From: an uncultured delta proteobacterium | Lineage (GTDB): Bacteria; Desulfobacterota; Desulfomonilia; Desulfomonilales; Desulfomonilaceae | DNA length: 64,000 nt | Assembly (NCBI GenBank): GCA_963789265.1 | Contig: CAWBKB010000001.1 | Span: 768,001-832,000, forward strand | Direction of reading: 5' to 3' | Shown: positions 9,157 through 19,906 of the stretch, in pieces | How positions within the stretch are numbered: position 1 is the first letter of the stretch | Layout of the letters: the number at the start of each line of letters is the position of its first letter | Notes under the pieces: generated by a model | What the model saw: only the letters and a program-made list of their open reading frames with translations | Database searches by the model: none | Told to the model about the DNA's origin: nothing | Translations under genes and position numbers: made by a program

Positions 9157-10079
9157 TCAGTTCAATACCGTTCCGGCTTCGCTTGGTTTGTAGGACAGCC
9201 TCTTGCCGACGATGCCTTGAATAGCCTCTATTGCTCGTTCGCCGTCATCAACCTTTCTCAGGTTCCACCTGAACGAGAATTCATCGCAATATCTGTGCAG
9301 ATGATTCTTGGAAACATGATGGAATATGCCGTGGATGCCTCTCTTCAGAAGAGCGAAGTAGGATTCAACGGAGTTTGTGAAAGCGTCATCCCTAACATAT
9401 TCTCCGTTTCCGTGATTGACAACTTCATGACCGCCCTTGAATTCAGGTACCGATGCCTCTATAAGCAGCCCATTCATCGGTCATGATACGAGAATCTCTA
9501 TGCACGTTTCTCTCTAATTGCACCTTTCAGGGTCTTCGCATTCACTCTTACAATCGGCTTAGACCGGACCCTTCCGTCTCTCTCTACTAGGGCAACTACA
9601 GGAACCTTTCGCTCAGAGCCCCGGCCCCGTTTTCCTTCTCGGGTCTTGCCGCCGACATAAGTTTCATCAACTTCGACTGTACCACAAAGGGGTGGACAAA
9701 GCGTTCCTTCGGTCATCGCGTACCTGATTCTGTGCGCTAGATGCCACGCGCTCTTGTATGAGCCTAAACCCAGGTTGCGTTGCAACTGCAATGCAGATAC
9801 ACCCTTCTTCGAGGAAGTCATAAGACAGAAAGCCATAAGCCAATGTCGGATAGGAATATGCGAGCCGTGCATAACTGTTCCGACCGTCACGGAGAATTCT
9901 TTGCGGCAACTTTCGCACTTGTAAACCCCGGCGCGCGCTGCTTTCACCTTCCAAGCCTCTTTTGATCTGCAGTGAGGGCATGTCACCCCCTCCGGCCAAA
10001 GAATAGCCTCGAAATATTCACGGGCTTGATCTTCTGTTAATTCGGTGGCTTGTGCGAATGTGAGGCTTATTGCTTGCAT
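9157..10079 (-). CDS. tnp: IS1595-family (ISXO2-like) transposase, split by two +1 frameshifts
   Basis: CPHC..CESC Zn ribbon, EVDETYVGG, reconstructed IMTDEW, VNH, TNSVESYF, YCDEFSFRWN; shifts near 9508 and 9447. Confidence 0.92.
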
Positions 10080-10101
10080 TTTCCGTCCCCTTTCTGACTA
10101 T

Positions 10102-10130
10102 AATCTATCACAAGGGACAGGTCGTGTCAA
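10102..10130 (-). promoter_or_regulatory. Transposase promoter with its -35 inside the TIR
   Basis: Minus strand TTGACA (10130-10125) - 17 bp - TGnTAGATT (-10 at 10107-10102). Confidence 0.65.
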
Positions 10131-10290
10131 GTGAATAATTCCGATTGATTTTTCTCCGGGACAAAATTTATATAGAATTTGAATATGGTCTTGCACCAGG
10201 CCAAGACCTGTCAAATTGCGACGATGAGTTACTCTATTTCCTAAACACAGTTACACGACATACCAGCGCGTGTGAGAGAAATGCTTTTGG

Positions 10291-10365
10291 TTGGGTGCCA
10301 CTGCGGGCTTGCCCAGCAGTGCCAGCTCGAAAAACACTGCTGGGCAAGCCCGCAGTGGCACCCAA
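10291..10365. repeat. Perfect 31-bp inverted repeat (GGGTGCCACTG-type REP pair)
   Basis: 10291-10321 is the exact reverse complement of 10335-10365. Confidence 0.85.
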
Positions 10366-10453
10366 ATACGCGACCGTGGTTCCGTAACGCAGTACTAAGT
10401 ATTGTGAGGCGCGAAGGGGAGAGTGCAGCGGTCGTACGCAGGCGGTGGTTCCA

Positions 10454-10790
10454 TCAATCCGGGAGTTGCCGCGCATAAGAGCCGATCGACCGCGAGAATC
10501 GGGAAGACCAAAAGAAGGGGGCCAACGATGAAAACGGCCATCCACGGGCTGGTGGGCGACGGGGCCGATCCCCGTCCTGCGATGCCAAAAATAATGAGGA
10601 TCAGACCGTAAACCGCTAGAAGCTTTCCGCCGTAGGCGTTGATGTCGTACCAATTGCGGTCTGATTTGAATGCCTTCGGAACACGAACTCCATAAAATCG
10701 GTTCATCGGCACCATACGCAAAGCGAGGGGGACTGAGGTAGCAGTGATTACTGAACCGATTCCGCAGTGAACAACAACGGGAGGTATCAT
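10454..10790 (-). CDS. SdpI/YhfL-family membrane protein (+1 frameshift near 10490; corrected end ..AVIGSYARQLPD*)
   Basis: MNRFYGVRVPKAFKSDRNWYDINAYGGK signature with three TM segments. Confidence 0.8.
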
Positions 10791-11130
10791 CGCATGCGCC
10801 GCCTATATCGTGACAAGTACGTCATCGGTTCCGGTTGCTCGACCCGAACCGCGCATCTGATTTTTGAGAATCAGGACCTAGAGGAATCCACTTTGGGATG
10901 GTGCAACCATTTCTATGCTGACATATACTCCACGGGCAAACTTGCGGTCAAGTTCGACGGCGGTGACGTTCACTTCAATTCGGGAGTAATTTGCTATAGA
11001 ATAAAAGTCTGTGATGTGACAGACCTAATTACGCCGCGCAAGCTCCGGACTTGACAGAGCGGAAGCGGCGGAAAGAAGCGTCGTGCACCCTTAATAGGAC
11101 TGCCGATATGTGTTGAAGGAATTTTGCATT

Positions 11131-12309
11131 ATGGCAATTGGATCCATTAAAGAATATGCCGATTCGGACGGCCTGTACGGCCCGGCGAGCACTCAGTTCG
11201 CTGAATTCGATGGGATCACCCTGGAGTCGGGGGCCTTCCTGGGGCCGCTCACAGTTGCCTACGAGACATACGGGACATTATCGCCCGAGCGTGACAACGC
11301 GGTGTTGATACTGCATGCACTTTCCGGTGATGCTCATGCTGCCGGAATCGACGCGAACGGCAGACTCGGGTGGTGGGATGCAATGATCGGCCCGGGAAAA
11401 GGGATCGATACGAACAGGTACTTTGTTATCTCATCCAATTGTCTTGGCGGCTGCAAAGGGACCACCGGCCCGTGCAGCATCAACCCCGCCACGAGGAAGC
11501 CTTATGGGCGCTCATTCCCGCTCATCACTATGGGAGATATGGTTAACGTCCAGGCATTACTAGTGCAACACTTGGGCATCGAGAAGCTCCACAACGTTGT
11601 CGGCGGGTCTATGGGGGGGATGCAGGCGCTGCAGTGGGCGGTCCACCATCCGGACCAGGTCCGCTCGGCGATTGTCATCGCCGCTACGGCAAGACTCTCT
11701 CCTCAAGGGATCGCGTTCAACTGGGTAGGCCGAAACGCCATTTACAGCGATCCCGCCCAAGTATGTCCGGATGCAGAAGCAGGACATGTGTACCAGAGGA
11801 TGGGCAGAGGCTTGGCCGTTGCGCGCATGATCGGCCACATCACGTATCTATCCGAAGAAACTATGGAGGCCAAGTTCGGGCGGAAACTCAAGCTCAAAGA
11901 TATAGACGGATATAGTTACAGCCTGGGAGAGAACGGTATGGAGGGCGGCGAGTTCGAAGTGGAATCTTACCTGGAGCATCAGGGGAGCAGCTTCATGCGC
12001 AGATTCGACGAGGATTCGTACATCATCATCACCAAGGCCATTGATTACTTCGACCTTGCAGCTCCGGACGGAGACCTGGTATCTGCATTCGAGAACATTT
12101 CGGGCAAGATGTTGATTCTCTCTTTCAACTCAGATTGGCTCTATCCCACTTCCATGTCATTGGCCATGGTTAGAGCGCTACAGGCTGCTAAAAAGCATGT
12201 GTCCTTTGTCGAACTGGATTTGCCCTACGGGCATGATTCCTTTCTCGTAAGTGCCGGCATGCCGAGTCTGACTCGAATCGCAAAGGGGTTTCTGAACGGT
12301 GCCCGCTGA
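11131..12309 (+). CDS. metX: Homoserine O-acetyltransferase
   Basis: HALSGDAH, GWWD, GGSMGGMQAL, GHDSFL; followed by metW. Confidence 0.95.
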   Translation: MAIGSIKEYADSDGLYGPASTQFAEFDGITLESGAFLGPLTVAYETYGTLSPERDNAVLILHALSGDAHAAGIDANGRLGWWDAMIGPGKGIDTNRYFVISSNCLGGCKGTTGPCSINPATRKPYGRSFPLITMGDMVNVQALLVQHLGIEKLHNVVGGSMGGMQALQWAVHHPDQVRSAIVIAATARLSPQGIAFNWVGRNAIYSDPAQVCPDAEAGHVYQRMGRGLAVARMIGHITYLSEETMEAKFGRKLKLKDIDGYSYSLGENGMEGGEFEVESYLEHQGSSFMRRFDEDSYIIITKAIDYFDLAAPDGDLVSAFENISGKMLILSFNSDWLYPTSMSLAMVRALQAAKKHVSFVELDLPYGHDSFLVSAGMPSLTRIAKGFLNGAR

Positions 12310-12928
12310 TATCACTGAAATTCGCACGCCTTTCCATCAGTTTGAGGTCGGCTTCAATATAATCATCGATCTCATTACGCCGGGAACCCGCGTCCTAGAC
12401 CTTGGATGCGGCTCGGGGACCTTGCTTCAGCGCCTTAGAGACGAAAAGGATGTGGAAGGATGCGGTGTTGAACTGGACCAGGAAAGGGTTATTCGGTGCA
12501 TAGAAAGAGGAATCCGGGTAATGACACTGGACTTGGACGAGGGACTGGAGGGATTCCCGGATTTGAGCTACGAATACGTGGTCCTGAGTCGAACGCTTCA
12601 GCAGTTGATGAATCCGGAAAGGCTTATCAGAGAGATGCTGAGGGTCGGTTCCAAGTCAATAATCACATTTCCTAATTTCGGACATTGGAGAGTTATCCTT
12701 GAATATGTCCTGAAAGGGCGCACACCGGTCTGTGAGACTCATCCGCATCCGTGGTACAACACCCCTGACATTCATCGTCTCACCGTCAAGGATTTTAGGG
12801 CCTTTATCAAAGAGGTGGGCGCCAAGATAGAGAGAGAAATCCACATAATAGACAATATCTCCTACGAGGGCGCTTTCTGGGCCAACCGAAGAGCCGAATG
12901 GGGATGTTGTCTTATCTCAGCTTCTTAG
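12299..12928 (+). CDS. metW: Methionine biosynthesis protein MetW
   Basis: VLDLGCGSG, FPNFGHW, WYNTPDIH; overlaps the metX stop. Confidence 0.93.
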   Translation: MPADITEIRTPFHQFEVGFNIIIDLITPGTRVLDLGCGSGTLLQRLRDEKDVEGCGVELDQERVIRCIERGIRVMTLDLDEGLEGFPDLSYEYVVLSRTLQQLMNPERLIREMLRVGSKSIITFPNFGHWRVILEYVLKGRTPVCETHPHPWYNTPDIHRLTVKDFRAFIKEVGAKIEREIHIIDNISYEGAFWANRRAEWGCCLISAS

Positions 12929-13220
12929 CCTGATTAAGGAAACCTGTTTGAAATGATGGCGGAGAAGCTCCTTTAAATTCCCACACATAACGGAATGATC
13001 ACCTTGTCTGCGTTTTTGGGCTTGCTCTAGGCACTCGCACAAATTATACTTCGTTCGATGGCCATCAACATTTTGATAGCTTAAAGACAGATTGTTTCGA
13101 TTCGGGGTTCGGCTGTGGGGTGCTGTGGGCGACGATGCCGTTTAACCCCTGTGCAGCCGGCTGAACGGAGAATCGTGCAACGGAGGCCTGATACGACTTC
13201 GCGTTCAAAGTTATGAGAAA

Positions 13221-13260
13221 ATCTCCTCTTCCCCCTTTAGTAAAGGGGGAATGAGGGATC
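13221..13260. repeat. Short palindromic REP-like element
   Basis: atctcctcttcccccttt agt aaagggggaatgagggat. Confidence 0.5.
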
Positions 13261-13439
13261 ATGAATGGGAATTGGTATGCGGCGCCAAGTTCCTGCGCTG
13301 CCATCTGCGAAGTCAATGATAGGGATTTTCAAAGTGCGCCAAAATTGCGCCTGGGCCTATATTATCGCTCGCGGCCAAGCCTCGGTATCGAAAGGTGCTG
13401 CTCCTAAACCGAAATGCCGGCCCCGTAGGTTGGAAGTCG

Positions 13440-14179
13440 ATGCAGACCAAATACAAATTTGAGGATGAGGAATCCTCATTTTCTTTGGTAGAAGAGCCTC
13501 GTTTTTACAGACTCAGAGTGGAGAGGTCCGCGATCGAGGAGGAGCATGTAGAGGAGTTCCTTGATCGAACCGTCGAGTGGCTCAGCAAGAACCCTCTCAA
13601 AGGACTATTGATTGATTTCAAGAAGGTGAAGTCTGTCTGTGACGAATTCTCCCTTAACTGTACGCTCGTACTATGAAGACGTAAGAAACAAGGGGCTTAA
13701 AGTCCGCTTCGTCAATGTTGACCCCGACATCAAAGCCTTCATCAGCGATGCAAACATTTCCGTAGTTTCTTAAGGCAAACTCGGGCAAGATCGTGCTAAG
13801 CGCGCGGGTGCTGCTTGAAGACCTGTCCAGGAATCTGTCCGATGAAGAACTAATGAAAAAACATAAGCTTTCCGCCAAGGGGCTGACGAGTCTCTTCCGA
13901 AAGCTGTTACGCAAAGGATTGGTCACTCGTCAGGCTTTGGCCAAACGAATGGGCGTAGAGACATGTGAAATTAGTGTCCCTTTCGATGGAAAAGCGAGCA
14001 AGATCAGAGTCAGCACAGCGGATGTGCTTAAAGATCTTGGTGAGAATGCGTCTGAAAGCGACCTGATGCATAAATACAAGCTTTCTCCGAGAGGGCTTCG
14101 CAGCCTGCTTATGAAGTTGTACCGCAAAGGTCTTATTCCCAAGCCCAGTTTTTCCGAACGCAAATCTGTTCAGAAGTAG
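13440..14179 (+). CDS. STAS-like domain plus two tandem HTH-like repeats (two +1 frameshifts)
   Basis: LLIDFKKVKSV..YYEDVRNKGLKVRFVNV reconstructed across shifts near 13665 and 13767, then two ~46-aa repeats DL....D.ELM.K.KLS.kGL.SL..KL.RKGL. Confidence 0.7.
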
Positions 14180-14232
14180 TGTCTTCCTCTATTCTCTTGC
14201 GCACGGCCGGACCCCTTGCCCGTGACCAGGCA

Positions 14233-14959
14233 CTATCCTGTGACGGCAAACTTCTCGGTATTTCTCTTCGGAATTCCTGGAGCCAGGTTGATGCCGGCGG
14301 CGTCCCGATATCCTTGCTGAAAAGCGCCCGCGCTGATCACCCTTCTAGCTGCCCGTTCCATTCTGATGTTAGGGAAGGCCTCGGCCATGTAATTCCGGAT
14401 CGTATGTTCCTTGGCCAAAACCAGCGCTTTGCATCCGCGGTGTTCGGCAGCCCTTACCGTTTGGGTTTGCTCCTGGAACCGTTCTCCGATTCTTTTTACC
14501 GCACCATCCAGATAGGCGTACCTCAGAGAAGCAGTGCTCCAGAACCTGTTCTCACGCTTAAGCCTGGGGAGTGCCCTGTCAACGAGTCTGTTCAGCTCGC
14601 GGAAGAGAAATTGGAACGTGTACACGGCAATCTCAGTATCGGCCGCGGTTCCGATAAACGTCAGGACGGGGTCCGCGTAACACTGCCGACGGATGATGTG
14701 CTCACAGTCGAATCCGTAAGCAACGTGAATGAGCAACCCTTTAACCCAGTTTCTTACCACACCTCCGACTCCCACTGATGCCTCTTTGACGGCGATGGCA
14801 CTCTGCATGTCATCCGTTGGAAGCTCCGCTATGCTCAGGTTATCAGCGCGACAACAGCTCACGGGCCTTCGCAGCGGCCAGAGCAGCCTCATTTTCATTT
14901 GAAGAATTAGAAAGTTCGAAGAGCTTCCGAACTTTCAGAGCAACTTGTTCTCTGGTCAT
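14233..14959 (-). CDS. DUF2786-domain protein (+1 frameshift near 14844)
   Basis: MTREQVALKVRKLFELSNSSNENEAALAAAKARELLSR[Y]NL N-terminus; C-terminal AFQQGYRDA..I.L. Confidence 0.8.
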
Positions 14960-15144
14960 CAACCGGCTTTCTCCCTATCGGCTCAACAACGGACCTGGGT
15001 ACATCGAATGAGCCGTGCGTATATCAAATTGGTGGATTGAGTCAAGAAAATTTCGATAAGGAGTCGGTCTCCGTTGGTTCGCGTAATGACTTGACACTCG
15101 CCTAACAGTGTGGCAGGCTCGTTACAAGCCCTGTCGGAGGAACC

Positions 15145-15403
15145 ATGATCAAAAGATTTCTAGCAGTCGGGCTATGTCTGCTCGCTGTGGCTACCCCTGT
15201 AGTCTGCTTGGGGGGCTCCTCTGAGCTCACTGATTCTTCGGTACTGGGCGAAACTTGTACACGAGGAGAATTCATTAGCGGCGAGCGTGCTATATTTGCC
15301 CTACATGATCATCCTGGGTCCCGCTCGAATTATTGATGGCATAGTTAATCCCAAGCCCACCAGTCAGTGCACAATTCCGCCAGCGGCTCACAGGGCACAC
15401 TAA
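15145..15403 (+). CDS. Small secreted/membrane hypothetical protein (+1 frameshift near 15280)
   Basis: GGAGG RBS and signal peptide; corrected frame reads ASVLYLPYMIILGPARIIDGIVNPKP..AH*. Confidence 0.55.
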
Positions 15404-15418
15404 ATCAACACGTACAGG

Positions 15419-15606
15419 TTCACAGCGGAAACCGCAGAGTCCGGAGAGAATTTCGTTTTCCCGGCATGACTGCGCGATGATGCACGGCGAATTCCGGTCG
15501 GTGAACCGCGAGACGCGGAGAGGGGAGTGCAGATCTGACTGCACGCGCGAGTGAATCGCACGCAATCGAATAAGCTATCATTTTTCTCTGGTGACTCTGC
15601 GGTGGA
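15419..15606. repeat. TTCACCGC-type inverted-end repeat
   Basis: ttcacagcggaaaccgcagag ... ctctggtgactctgcggtgga; related to 47977-48167. Confidence 0.45.
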
Positions 15607-15688
15607 TCACGATTTTCCGTATGAAAGGTTGCTTCACCGCGAACCAATAATGACTGTGGCTTGGAAACCCGACCCCGCGGGTCCGCGC

Positions 15689-15777
15689 AAAAAAAAGCCG
15701 GACTCGCATCAAGCCCGGCAGTTAGGAGGTAAAGGAGTGTTGAAGTTCTCGTTGTTAATTTAGTGCTTCAACATTCG
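15689..15777 (-). ncRNA. Candidate orphan sRNA with anti-Shine-Dalgarno linker
   Basis: Minus-strand TTGACA (15812-15807) -18 bp- TGnTAGGTT; 5' stem GAAUGUUGAAG/CUUCAACACUC; linker CUUUACCUCCUAA; GC-rich terminator plus U8. Confidence 0.6.
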
Positions 15778-15873
15778 TGCATAACCTATCAAAAAATGAT
15801 GGTATTTGTCAACAAAAAAAGTCTAGAAGCGTGTCGTTTCAGTTTTCCGGGGGCATAGATCTGTTCAAGCCGG

Positions 15874-16037
15874 TGTCATTGCGAGGAATGTAAGGTGGGA
15901 CGGTCCCGCGCCTCGCGGGACAGCCTGCCTATCCGGGATGACGGGCAATCCCGCGTTCCGCGCGGGACGTCCCACTGGCAATCTGAGCGGAGTCTAAAGG
16001 AAGAGATTGCTTCGTCGCTTTGCTCCTCGCAGTGACA
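15874..16037. repeat. TGTCATTGCGAG...CTCGCAGTGACA palindromic repeat containing nested hairpin elements
   Basis: Terminal IR tgtcattgcgagga / tcctcgcagtgaca; inner GTCCCGCGCCTCGCGGGAC (15903-15921) and ATCCCGCGTTCCGCGCGGGAC (15948-15968). Confidence 0.8.
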
Positions 16038-16071
16038 ATTTCCCGCCCGTAATTACTAGGTTTGTAAGAAA

Positions 16072-16533
16072 CTATGAAGCCGGCCTTTTCGGTGAGAGCG
16101 CCTTGTCTAACGATCGATTCCCGAAGAGCCACCCGAGAGCCACCACGTTCAGACCAAGGCTGCCGAATTCGAGGACTCGAGTGAGACCCGAGTCGAGGAA
16201 GCCTTCCTGGCCGAGTCGAACGACGTGAAACAGCAATACAGGCGTGTCCACCATGAGAAAGATGATGGCCGGTATGACAACCCATTTCTTTTCGTTCCAC
16301 AAGGCCAATGCCATAATCAGAACAGGGATCATGGTGACGGCGAAATAGATTGTCTCAAACGTCACGGCACTGGAATAGGGCGGCGGTTCCAAGCCTGCCA
16401 TGTAGATGTAGCAGAGGTACAGGAAGGTCTTCAGGTAGAACCACAGGCCCGCAAACCAGAACGCCAGCGGAAAATCGGCATCAAATCTCCTCTGGGGGAA
16501 CCATTCAAAAGGCATCCATTGTCGATTTTTCAT
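16072..16533 (-). CDS. Hypothetical 4-TM membrane protein
   Basis: ATGA overlap with the glyA stop; four hydrophobic segments. Confidence 0.75.
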   Translation of the reverse strand: MKNRQWMPFEWFPQRRFDADFPLAFWFAGLWFYLKTFLYLCYIYMAGLEPPPYSSAVTFETIYFAVTMIPVLIMALALWNEKKWVVIPAIIFLMVDTPVLLFHVVRLGQEGFLDSGLTRVLEFGSLGLNVVALGWLFGNRSLDKALSPKRPAS

Positions 16534-17789
16534 GATTCTTCCTGTTGTCCTCTCGAATATAAGGGGAACCGATCGCACAACTCGGTGACCTGAGCCTTGA
16601 CCCGAGCGATAATGTCCTCGTCTCCGGGGTTAGTCAATACCTGCGATATGAACGATCCGATCATCCTCATCTCATCAGGCCCCATGTTCCTTGTAGTTAC
16701 TGCCGGCGTGCCGATTCGAATCCCGGAAGCTTTGCTCGGAGGCCGCGAATCAAAGGGGATCGAGTTCTTATTGACGGTTATTCCGGCGCGTTCCAACACT
16801 TCCTGAGCTTCGGCTCCGTCTACAGCCTGGTGTGTCAGGTCAATGAGTATGAGATGGTTGTCCGTGCCGCCGGAGATCAGAGTGAAACCGTCTTCCAGAA
16901 GGCTTTCAGCCAGGCATCGAGCGTTGAGGACAATTTCCTTCTGGTAATCGCGAAACTCCTGCGTCGCGGCTTCGGCAAAGGACACGGCTTTTGCCGCAAT
17001 GACGTGCATCAGGGGGCCTCCCTGCATTCCGGGGAATATGCAGGAGTCTAAAGCCGTCGCGTAATGTTTGCGACACATCACCATCCCACCTCGGGGGCCT
17101 CTAAGGGTCTTGTGGGTGGTTGTCGTGACGAAGTCGGCGTGAGGGATGGGGGATGGATGCAACTCTGCCACAATGAGACCGGCAATATGGGCAATGTCAG
17201 CCATGAGCACCGCGCCTGTCTCCCGGGCAATGTCGGCAAAGGCGCTGTAGTCGATAATTCTCGGGTACGCGCTGGCTCCGGCGATGATCATCCGGGGCCG
17301 ATGTTTGCGTGCAAGATCCCGTACCTGGTCGTAATCGATCCTATGATCGTTGTGCCGCACGGAGTACGGAACCACGCGATAAATCTTGCCTGAAAAATTT
17401 TTCGGATGCCCCATGGACAAATGGCCTCCGTGGGCAAGATCCATCCCCAAATAGGTATCTCCCGGCTTCATGACCGAAAAATAAACCGCCATGTTGGCTT
17501 GAGTGCCGGAGTGGGGCTGAACGTTTACATGATCGCACCCGAAAAGCGCCGCAGCGCGATCCCGCGCCAGATTTTCCACCACATCAGCGTGAATGCAACC
17601 GCCGTAGTATCGTTTGCCAGGGTATCCTTCCGCGTACTTGTTTGTCAGGATGCTACCCTGTGCCTCCATCACTGCCGGAGAAGTGAAATTCTCGGAAGCG
17701 ATCAGTTCCAGGCGGTGCTCCTGTCGGCTCTTTTCATTGGCGATGATTCTGAATATTTCCGGGTCGGTGTGCTCGAGCGGGGTCATCAT
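16530..17789 (-). CDS. glyA: Serine hydroxymethyltransferase
   Basis: [37 protein letters not shown]. Confidence 0.98.
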   Translation of the reverse strand: MMTPLEHTDPEIFRIIANEKSRQEHRLELIASENFTSPAVMEAQGSILTNKYAEGYPGKRYYGGCIHADVVENLARDRAAALFGCDHVNVQPHSGTQANMAVYFSVMKPGDTYLGMDLAHGGHLSMGHPKNFSGKIYRVVPYSVRHNDHRIDYDQVRDLARKHRPRMIIAGASAYPRIIDYSAFADIARETGAVLMADIAHIAGLIVAELHPSPIPHADFVTTTTHKTLRGPRGGMVMCRKHYATALDSCIFPGMQGGPLMHVIAAKAVSFAEAATQEFRDYQKEIVLNARCLAESLLEDGFTLISGGTDNHLILIDLTHQAVDGAEAQEVLERAGITVNKNSIPFDSRPPSKASGIRIGTPAVTTRNMGPDEMRMIGSFISQVLTNPGDEDIIARVKAQVTELCDRFPLYSRGQQEES

Positions 17790-17845
17790 TTTCCTTCGTA
17801 CCGATATGTCAATAGACGATGATGATTCTGATGGTTGTCGGGGGG

Positions 17846-18280
17846 TCAAGGATTTTCAATCCGATCGATTCGCCTCTTATGCCTCCCGCCCTCGAATGAG
17901 GTTACAAGCCAGATCTTAACCATAGAGAGGGCTATTTCCGTTCCGGTAATCCTCCCTCCTATGACAAGCACATTGGCATCGTTGTGGGCTCGACTCATGC
18001 GTGCCTGATATTCGCTGGTGCACAGAGCCGCGCGAATCCCGCCAAACCGGTTGGCCGCCATGGACATACCCAAGCCGGTCCCGCATATAAGAATTCCGCG
18101 AGATGCCTCACCCTTTAGAATCCTTTCACAAAGCAATCTTGCATAGTCCGGATAGTTGCAAGAGATCTCTGTAATGCACCCTACATCCACGACCCTGAAA
18201 CCATCTCGCTCTATGTCCTCTTTCAAGAGGGTCTTCAGGGCGAATCCCGCATGATCGGAGCCTATGAGGATTGTTTCCAT
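17846..18280 (-). CDS. rpiB: Ribose-5-phosphate isomerase B
   Basis: [26 protein letters not shown]. Confidence 0.97.
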   Translation of the reverse strand: METILIGSDHAGFALKTLLKEDIERDGFRVVDVGCITEISCNYPDYARLLCERILKGEASRGILICGTGLGMSMAANRFGGIRAALCTSEYQARMSRAHNDANVLVIGGRITGTEIALSMVKIWLVTSFEGGRHKRRIDRIENP

Positions 18281-19524
18281 TATACCACCCGTTTCAGAAC
18301 CAGGCTGGCGTTTTGCCCTCCGAAAGCAAAGCTGTTGGAAAGGCCGTATTCCATTTCCCTTGCAACAGGCTTATTCGGCGTATAATCCAAGTCGCAATCG
18401 GGGTCCGGGGTTTCAAGGTTAATAGTAGGGGGGACCACACCGTTGTTAAGCGCCAATAGGGTATAAATTGCCTCCACCGCGCCCGCAGCTCCTATCATGT
18501 GGCCTGTCATGGATTTTGTCGAACTGATTGAGACTTTTTGGCACGCTGGGCCGAAAAGCCTCTTGATCGCCTGAGTCTCCATCTTGTCGTTAAGATCCGT
18601 AGAGGTCCCGTGGGCATTAATATAGTCGATCCGGGAGGGTTCAATCCCGGCCTCTTCCACAGCTTGCTTCATACACCTGTACGCTCCTTCGCCGTCGGGG
18701 CAGGGCATTACATAGTGATAAGCGTCGTCCGTTGCGCCGTAGCCCACTATCTCTCCCAGTATTTTGGCGCTTCGCCTTTGGGCGTGTTCCAGAGTTTCAA
18801 GAACCAGAATGCCCGCGCCCTCCGAAATTACAAAGCCATCGCGGTCCAGATCGAAGGGGCGGGAAGCCTTGTGAGGCTCCCCGTTGCGGCAGGACAGGGC
18901 CCGTAGCGCGTTGAAAGCGGCAACGGACAGAATTGTTACAACCGCTTCGGTTCCACCAGTTAACATGACATCTGCCCGGCCTTCGCGTACCATTCTGAAA
19001 GCCTCTCCGATGGCGGAGGTGCCGGAGGTGCAAGCATTCACCACTCCGAAATTCGGCCCTTTGAATCCGTACTTGATGGACAGCATGCCCGGAGCCAAAT
19101 TGATAACTGCCTTGGGTATAGTTAAAGGATGTACCCCCTTGGGCCCTTTTTCGTGAACGCCTATCACTCCGATTTCTATGGTGGCCAGTCCTCCTATTCC
19201 CGATCCGACGATTGCGCCGCACCGGTAAGGATCTTCCGGAGGGCTGGGCAAGCCGGACCGGGCGAAAGCTTCCCCGGCGGCTATCATGGCAAACTGTTGA
19301 TAGCGATCCATGCGGCGCAATTCTTTTGTCGGAATGTGGCCCGCAGGATCGAAGTTGCCACGGACTTCTCCGGCTATTTGCGTAGCCAATCGCTCGGCAT
19401 CAAAGAGCGTAATGGGTCCTATGCCTGAACGAGCGGCCATCAAAGCCTCCCAATTAGCTTCAACGCCGCTGCCCAAACATGTGACCACTCCCATTCCCGT
19501 GATGACAACTCTGTGCTGCACCAT
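18280..19524 (-). CDS. fabF: 3-oxoacyl-ACP synthase II
   Basis: NACTSG, NAHGTST, KSMTGHMIGAAG, NSFAFGG. Confidence 0.96.
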   Translation of the reverse strand: MVQHRVVITGMGVVTCLGSGVEANWEALMAARSGIGPITLFDAERLATQIAGEVRGNFDPAGHIPTKELRRMDRYQQFAMIAAGEAFARSGLPSPPEDPYRCGAIVGSGIGGLATIEIGVIGVHEKGPKGVHPLTIPKAVINLAPGMLSIKYGFKGPNFGVVNACTSGTSAIGEAFRMVREGRADVMLTGGTEAVVTILSVAAFNALRALSCRNGEPHKASRPFDLDRDGFVISEGAGILVLETLEHAQRRSAKILGEIVGYGATDDAYHYVMPCPDGEGAYRCMKQAVEEAGIEPSRIDYINAHGTSTDLNDKMETQAIKRLFGPACQKVSISSTKSMTGHMIGAAGAVEAIYTLLALNNGVVPPTINLETPDPDCDLDYTPNKPVAREMEYGLSNSFAFGGQNASLVLKRVV

Positions 19525-19561
19525 CTCCTCCTGGGCGTGTCACTTATTTTGCCGGTCCGAG

Positions 19562-19807
19562 TTAAGAGGCTTTCTTGTGCTCGCGTATAAAGTCAGCCAC
19601 ATCCTGGACCGTGTGAATCTTTTCGACTTCTTCGTCGGTGATTTCAAGACCGAACTCATCTTCGAGGAGGGCAATCATGTCGTAGATGTCCAGCGATTCA
19701 GCGCCCAGGTCTTCCACGATCTTTGAACTCATCTCGATGTTATCTTTATTTACATCAACAAGCACCTCGGCAACCAGTTCCACGACTCTCTTTTCCAAAT
19801 CGTCCAT
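19562..19807 (-). CDS. acpP: Acyl carrier protein
   Basis: Acidic 81 aa; DLGAESLD phosphopantetheine Ser motif; fab context. Confidence 0.93.
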   Translation of the reverse strand: MDDLEKRVVELVAEVLVDVNKDNIEMSSKIVEDLGAESLDIYDMIALLEDEFGLEITDEEVEKIHTVQDVADFIREHKKAS

Positions 19808-19906
19808 GTTGGATATCCTCCAGCCGTATTAAATGGTAGGCATCGTCGGAGTCGGCCGGCCGGTCTCCAAGCCGGCTCCGATATGTCTAAGGATCCGGCG
19901 GCTGCT

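Larger units (their letters stand above)
6428..10143 (-). mobile_element. IS1595-family transporter IS with passenger genes
   Basis: Perfect 24-bp TIRs CGGAATTATTCACTTGACACGACC (6428-6451 / 10120-10143); 8-bp direct repeat ATTGATTT (6420-6427, 10144-10151); internal Zn-ribbon DDE transposase. Confidence 0.95.

Noticed and set aside
9440..9512. Programmed frameshift in the transposase
   Set aside because: Two separate +1 shifts with no slippery heptamer; matches the window-wide insertion error pattern
10790..11130. SAM riboswitch or T-box upstream of metX
   Set aside because: No recognisable SAM-I/II or T-box consensus by eye
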